This document shows positions 54,571-58,539 of a stretch of DNA of 58,539 nt, one piece after another. The notes beneath the pieces were generated by a model, which saw only the letters and a list, made by a program, of their open reading frames with translations, did not search any database and was not told where the DNA came from. Position numbers and translations under genes: made by a program. The DNA is from an uncultured Gammaproteobacteria bacterium (GTDB taxonomy: Bacteria; Patescibacteriota; Patescibacteriia; Patescibacteriales; UBA12465). The stretch lies in the NCBI GenBank assembly GCA_964408775.1, contig CAYPAP010000003.1:47615-106153 (forward strand). The letters are read 5' to 3'. Position 1 is the first letter of the stretch; each line of letters opens with the position of its first letter.

Positions 54571-54920
54571 TAATAAAAGGTGAGATTAGTTTTGGCGATA
54601 TTGTTTGGGTTGAATTTGATCCTAGCGCTGGGCATGAATATCAAAGTAAAAGACCAGCGATTGTCGTAGAGTCCAATGAACAACTAAAAAAGAAAAATTT
54701 GGTTACCATAATTCCATTAACCTCACAAAGGGACAATCGTATGCCCGATGATATTTTGGTAGAAGCTAGCAGGGAAAATAATTTAATGTTTGATTCAATA
54801 GCAAAAGTATATTGTATAACATCGTTTGATTATGTGAGATTTGAAAAAGTAATAGGAAAAATTAATAAAGAAGTGGAAATAAAAATCAAAGATTATTTTA
54901 AAAAACATTTTGGTCTATAA
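54567..54920 (+). CDS. PemK/MazF-family endoribonuclease toxin
   Basis: 117 aa. GDIVWVEFDPSAGHEYQSKRPAIVV and IIPLTS are typical MazF/PemK SH3-like fold motifs. Confidence 0.8.
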   Translation: MIIKGEISFGDIVWVEFDPSAGHEYQSKRPAIVVESNEQLKKKNLVTIIPLTSQRDNRMPDDILVEASRENNLMFDSIAKVYCITSFDYVRFEKVIGKINKEVEIKIKDYFKKHFGL

Positions 54921-54949
54921 TAATTTTAATTTAGTGTAGAAATAATCCC

Positions 54950-54978
54950 TTGGTTTTTTATAAAAAATTTACTATAAT
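54950..54978 (+). promoter_or_regulatory. Reiterated island promoter P4 (TTGGTT-N17-TATAAT)
   Basis: ttggttttttataaaaaatttactataat matches P1/P2 apart from a few substitutions. Confidence 0.65.
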
Positions 54979-54984
54979 ATACTT

Positions 54985-55144
54985 GTGCTTGTGAGCGAAG
55001 GCTCCGTTCGGCTAAGCTCTTGTCTAAAGAGCTATAAGCCGAAAGCAAGCACAATATTTACTATCTAGCTTATACCTGTCCCTTCTGTCGCTTCGGCGTC
55101 AGAACGCGAGGTCATTCTTTTATAGGGTGGCCTCTGCTTTTTTT
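54985..55144 (+). ncRNA. Candidate ~160-nt sRNA 'D'
   Basis: 9-bp closing stem ttgtgcttg/caagcacaa, inner hairpin ggctaagctctt/aagagctataagcc, ctgtcgc-ttcg-gcgtcag (UUCG loop), and terminator gaggtca/tggcctc plus T-run. Confidence 0.5.
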
Positions 55145-55231
55145 AAAAAACAAAAACCACTAGAAAAACTAGTGGCCTTTATTAAAGGGTCTCCCTAGGT
55201 AGTTAGCCGTTCGGATATCCCTTCGTATTGC
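55145..55231 (-). ncRNA. Candidate sRNA family 2, copy D'
   Basis: The minus strand reads aatacgaaggga...gggagaccctttaataaaggccactag-ttttt-ctagtgg plus T-run. Stem gaaggg/cccttt. The promoter is less clear (taatat -10 only). Confidence 0.4.
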
Positions 55232-55456
55232 TTGGTTATATTAAATAAAAGAACAACCACGTATACCTTATGGCACGTGGTTGTTCTTTTTTGCTATTGT
55301 CTCGAGATTGATTTTATAAAAAATACTATTTTGAAGATGTCAATTTTTGTCAACTCCCTTTTTTATTATTTTTTATTTTTGAAAGAACGAATAGATAGTT
55401 ATTGTTAAAATCTTTGAGACCTATTGTTTTTAATCTAAGAGCTAAATAGCTATAAA

Positions 55457-55810
55457 TTAATCATCCTTATTATATATCTTCCTGAGCTTCGCCAGTCCTC
55501 GATGAATTTGCACTGAAATTGTTTTTTTGGAACTTCCAGTTATAGCCGAAATCTCTGCTAGAGAAAATTCCTGTAAGTAACGCATTTTGATTACTTTCTG
55601 ATATTTCATAGGAAGTTGAGCAACTAAAAAAATGGCCTGCTCGCCATCTAAAATATCAATCATTTTTTCTGAATTGTCTTCGCTCAGCTCAAACCCCTTC
55701 TTCGCCAGATCTTCTAATGAGATAGTTTTCTTTTTCCGGTACTCATCAATAATTAAGCCCCTCAGGACATGGTAAAGAAAGCTTTTCATGACGTTAACCT
55801 TATTTCCCAA
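55457..55810 (-). pseudogene. N-terminally truncated ECF sigma factor remnant (region 4 plus the tail of region 2)
   Basis: 117 aa. FLYHVLRGLIIDEYRKKK (end of region 2) and FSLAEISAITGSSKKTISVQIHRGLAKLRK (region 4). Regions 2.1-2.3 are missing compared with 45435-46007. Confidence 0.6.
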
Positions 55811-55827
55811 TTATTGGACAGAAGGTT

Positions 55828-56061
55828 ATGATTTTAAATGCTCGTCAAATTCATTTTGATAAAAAAAACACGACTACCAAAGTATTTCCACCAATAATTC
55901 TTCTAGCCATAGAGGATATTACGGATATTATGCAGATTGCTGAAACGCTGGCTAGTCACACTCATAAATTAGAGGCTAAGTTAGCCGAGCAATCTGAAAA
56001 ATTGGATTCAAATATTAAAAAACTACAAAAGGAGATTGATAATCTTAAAAAGAAAAAATAA
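55828..56061 (+). CDS. Hypothetical coiled-coil small protein
   Basis: 77-aa ORF with C-terminal LEAKLAEQSEKLDSNIKKLQKEIDNLKKKK. Weak support. Confidence 0.35.
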   Translation: MILNARQIHFDKKNTTTKVFPPIILLAIEDITDIMQIAETLASHTHKLEAKLAEQSEKLDSNIKKLQKEIDNLKKKK

Positions 56062-56082
56062 TTAATAATTAATATAACGCAT

Positions 56083-56328
56083 ATGGGATTAATAATTTGG
56101 ATCATTTTCGGAGGCTTAGTCGGTTGGATTGCCTCATTAATAATGAAAACTGGCGACCAGCAAGGTCTTCTATTGAACATTGTTGTCGGTGTAATCGGTG
56201 CCGTTATTGGCGGTTGGATTATGAGTGCGATTGGGAAGAGAGGGGTTGATGGTTTCAACATTTATAGCTTTTTAGTCGCTATTCTTGGTTCAGTTATTTT
56301 AATCTGGATAGTTAAGCTTTTAAGATAG
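56083..56328 (+). CDS. GlsB/YeaQ/YmgE-family (transglycosylase-associated) small membrane protein
   Basis: 81 aa. IIWIIFGGLVGWIASLIM...LLLNIVVGVIGAVIGGWI is the typical pattern. Confidence 0.8.
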   Translation: MGLIIWIIFGGLVGWIASLIMKTGDQQGLLLNIVVGVIGAVIGGWIMSAIGKRGVDGFNIYSFLVAILGSVILIWIVKLLR

Positions 56329-56431
56329 TGAATCGAGATTTAGTAGATAGGGATAAATTAGTGACAAAGCGCGAGGCTGTTCTTTTTTAGAACGGTCTCT
56401 TATTTTTATGTATTTATCCCCAGTCTTACTA

Positions 56432-56460
56432 TTGACTTTATTTAGTTAATGTGTTATAAT
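56432..56460 (+). promoter_or_regulatory. Sigma70 promoter TTGACT-N17-TATAAT
   Basis: ttgact ttatttagttaatgtgt tataat. Confidence 0.7.
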
Positions 56461-56466
56461 TATATT

Positions 56467-56739
56467 ATGATTTAGTTCTTTTGCCAAACCCAAACAAACC
56501 AAAACCAAAACCCAAGAGACATGAAGAGAAATCGATTTTTTTCAAAGATCATCAGGGAATTTCTGATCTCCGGATACAAAATAATTTGTATGACCGAGAG
56601 GTCAATCTGCCTGGGACATGGCAGAAAAAGAGCCCTTTTTGAAAGGGAGTCAGGGGACCTGCTTTGCGAGTGGGGAATCCTTTGACAAGGCAAAGACGAG
56701 AAAAACAAAGGGGCTGATTTAAACAGCCCCGCTTTTTTT
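56467..56739 (+). ncRNA. Candidate ~270-nt RNA (or small-protein mRNA) with a C/A-rich 5' region and multiple hairpins
   Basis: Promoter-to-terminator unit (ggggctg-atttaaa-cagcccc plus T-run). 5' ccaaacccaaacaaaccaaaaccaaaaccc. Hairpins atacaaa/tttgtat, gacc-gaga-ggtc, ctgcc/ggcag, cccttt/aaaggg and ctttgc/gcaaag. Contains a possible 39-aa ORF (56521-56640). Confidence 0.5.
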
Positions 56740-56828
56740 ACGTTTTACTCCATAATACTTAATAGTGTTGTTTTTTAAAATATTTTTATGTTATAATATA
56801 TAGTAATATCAATAATTAATGATATATT

Positions 56829-58539
56829 ATGAAAGAGGTATTGATACAGGAAAAAGGTATTGAAGGAAACAATAATTCTAAAGACTTAGCTACTCAGGAG
56901 AGAGAATTATTTTTTAATATAGAAAAAAGTAGAGGAGAGTTATCCGAAGAAGATTTTCAATTAATACTAAATAGATTATTTGAGCACTCTGTTGACGATG
57001 CACTCAAATTTTTGAATCAGTTAAATTTAAGCAGAGATCAGTTTGCGAAGGCCTTGGTTAAGCCTTTGTTTTTTATAAAACATCCGAAGATAGCTTCTTG
57101 TTTATTCTCAGAAATAAGTAGTAATGAAAAGTATATAGAAAGAGGAGAGTTATTGGATACAATGAAAGAGGGGGGTAATAATTTTAAAAAAATAGAAAAA
57201 AAAGGATCAGCAATCAGTGATGAATATTATCATCAACAAGATGAATATAAGCAGGCTAGCTACCAAGTTAAAAAATATATCGATAAGATAGATGATTATT
57301 ATTCTGTTTTCTTTGATGTTCAAAAAGATGTTAAATTAGAGGAATCTGGTGAAAAATTTAAAAATGATTTAGTTTTAGATCAAATTTTTTCGTCTAAATT
57401 GGCGCTAGAGAACCATTATTATAGTGGAGAGATATTAAAAATCTTATTTAAAAATTTGATTCATGAAGACTCAAAAAAAATTAGTAAAATAGCTGAAGAG
57501 CAATTTAAAAATAATAGTGATTTACAGGTTAAATACAATTCTGATTTTTCTCGATATTTTAGTGCTCTAGAAAGGGGGTCTGCTCCAAATAGAGATATAG
57601 TTTTAGAATATTTAAAACAAAATAAGGCCTTAGTCCGAGAGATTAAAAATAATAATTTATTGGACCAGGAAACAGTTAATAGTATAGTGGAGCAGTATGA
57701 TTTAGGCGATGTTATTAATAAAAATAGGGTGGACAGGGCTAAGTATAAACCCCTAGGATTGGTTTATAATTTTAGGAAGGAATTGATTGAGAAAAAAATA
57801 ATTAATAAAATTCAGGAATCCTTAAAAAGAAGATTCTCAGGAAGAGATTTGAAAATAATATTAGATCCGGAAAGCGGTTCGTATGTTGTGGATGGTCTAG
57901 ATGATAAAAATAATGAATCTTTAGATAAAAAAGAGTCCAACATTGAGACTGTTCTTTACACTTTCAGCAACAGAATTCGTTTTTCCTTAGAGGAGTTTAA
58001 TATTATTAACAATCAATTCTATTTTAAAGCTAAAGAAGCTGGAAGGCAATTTGTAATCGGACCAAATGGAGAAAAAATTGGTAGCGATTATGATTGGGTT
58101 TGCCCGCCTAAAGACATTAATAGTCAAGTCTATTTTACAGCTCAAGAAGCTGAAAAGCATTTTATAATCGGACCAAATGGAGAAAAAATTGGTGGCGACT
58201 ATGATTTTGTTGGCGAACCTAGAGAGATCAATAATCAAGTTTATTTTAGAGCCCAAGAAGCTGAAAAGCATTTTATAATCGGACCAAATGGAGAAAAAAT
58301 TGGTGGCGACTATGATTTGGTTTATGAGCCTAAAGACATTAATAATCAAGTTTATTTTAGAGCCCAAGAAGCTGAAAAGTGGTTTGTAATCGGACCAAAT
58401 GGAGAAAAAATTGGTGGCGGTTATGATTATGTCAGCGACCCTAAAGATATTAATAATCAAGTCTATTTTAAGGCTAAAGAAGCTGGAAGGCAATTTATAA
58501 TCGGACCAAATGGAGAAAAAATTGGTGGCGACTATGATT
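56829..58539 (+). CDS. Large protein (5' partial view, runs off the window) ending in tandem 37-aa repeats (WG/KWG-repeat-like)
   Basis: The frame is open from ATG 56829 to the window end by my own translation. It is absent from the ORF track because there is no in-window stop. Repeats read YF.AQEAEKHFIIGPNGEKIGGDYD.V.EPKDINNQV. Confidence 0.75.
   Translation, partial: MKEVLIQEKGIEGNNNSKDLATQERELFFNIEKSRGELSEEDFQLILNRLFEHSVDDALKFLNQLNLSRDQFAKALVKPLFFIKHPKIASCLFSEISSNEKYIERGELLDTMKEGGNNFKKIEKKGSAISDEYYHQQDEYKQASYQVKKYIDKIDDYYSVFFDVQKDVKLEESGEKFKNDLVLDQIFSSKLALENHYYSGEILKILFKNLIHEDSKKISKIAEEQFKNNSDLQVKYNSDFSRYFSALERGSAPNRDIVLEYLKQNKALVREIKNNNLLDQETVNSIVEQYDLGDVINKNRVDRAKYKPLGLVYNFRKELIEKKIINKIQESLKRRFSGRDLKIILDPESGSYVVDGLDDKNNESLDKKESNIETVLYTFSNRIRFSLEEFNIINNQFYFKAKEAGRQFVIGPNGEKIGSDYDWVCPPKDINSQVYFTAQEAEKHFIIGPNGEKIGGDYDFVGEPREINNQVYFRAQEAEKHFIIGPNGEKIGGDYDLVYEPKDINNQVYFRAQEAEKWFVIGPNGEKIGGGYDYVSDPKDINNQVYFKAKEAGRQFIIGPNGEKIGGDYD
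58020..58539 (+). repeat. 111-bp tandem coding repeats (at least 4.7 copies, continuing past the window)
   Basis: Units start at 58020, 58131, 58242, 58353 and 58464, with high nucleotide identity. Confidence 0.9.

Noticed and set aside
51088-55000. Possibility that the reiterated ~46-nt blocks are a CRISPR array
   Set aside because: The spacing is irregular (about 480, 745, 720 and 1900 bp). The intervals contain genes and homologous RNAs rather than short unique spacers. The repeat itself is a -35/-10 promoter. No cas genes are present.
56472-56708. 78-aa minus-strand ORF
   Set aside because: It lies antisense within a plus-strand promoter-to-terminator unit. It has no promoter or terminator of its own, and its composition is odd (poly-W/F from the C/A repeat).
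57987-58493. 168-aa minus-strand ORF with internal repeats
   Set aside because: It is antisense to the 111-bp tandem repeats of the plus-strand ORF that is open from 56829. The plus frame has a coherent N-terminal non-repeat region.

Overview
The window is AT-rich (about one-third GC by eye), compact, and mostly lacks Shine-Dalgarno sequences. The gene content suggests a small-genome, Patescibacteria/CPR-like bacterium, but this is inference only. Evidence: prepilin-type GFTLIELL proteins, a small T4SS-pilin-like protein, an S-layer-like giant protein, and a patchy glycolysis set. The first ~47 kb is mostly housekeeping. It holds ruvC, glgA, a GH57-kinase fusion, ftsK, a Mur ligase, three pilin-like genes, rny, pgk, eno, a degenerate iPGM-like gene, gyrB, tpiA, mutM, rpmG, rubrerythrin plus desulforedoxin, hppA, a beta-CASP RNase, capA and two HU genes. 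It also holds 7 tRNAs: Lys-CTT, Met-CAT, Arg-TCG, Thr-GGT, Tyr-GTA and Trp-CCA among them. An ECF sigma / anti-sigma-like pair at 45.4-47.0 kb precedes a 1183-aa Cys-free surface-layer candidate with a ~440-nt structured upstream region. The most unusual part is 51.1-55.3 kb, a repeat-built accessory island. A near-identical extended -10 promoter is reused at least 6 times to drive short hairpin-terminated RNAs. Two of these RNAs converge on and overlap the 3' ends of two small putative nuclease genes, one with an NYN domain. Those two genes share an almost identical upstream block. An XRE-Panacea/MazF toxin-antitoxin pair sits alongside. Other notable items: two stand-alone promoter-to-terminator structured RNA candidates (37.4-37.7 kb on the minus strand, 56.47-56.74 kb on the plus strand). 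A TGTAAC-N16-CGTATA ECF-type motif occurs twice. A 70-bp direct repeat brackets a 2.5-kb repeat-protein gene. A LAGLIDADG-like gene is split exactly at an in-frame A_AAA_AAC slippery heptamer and overlaps tRNA-Trp.
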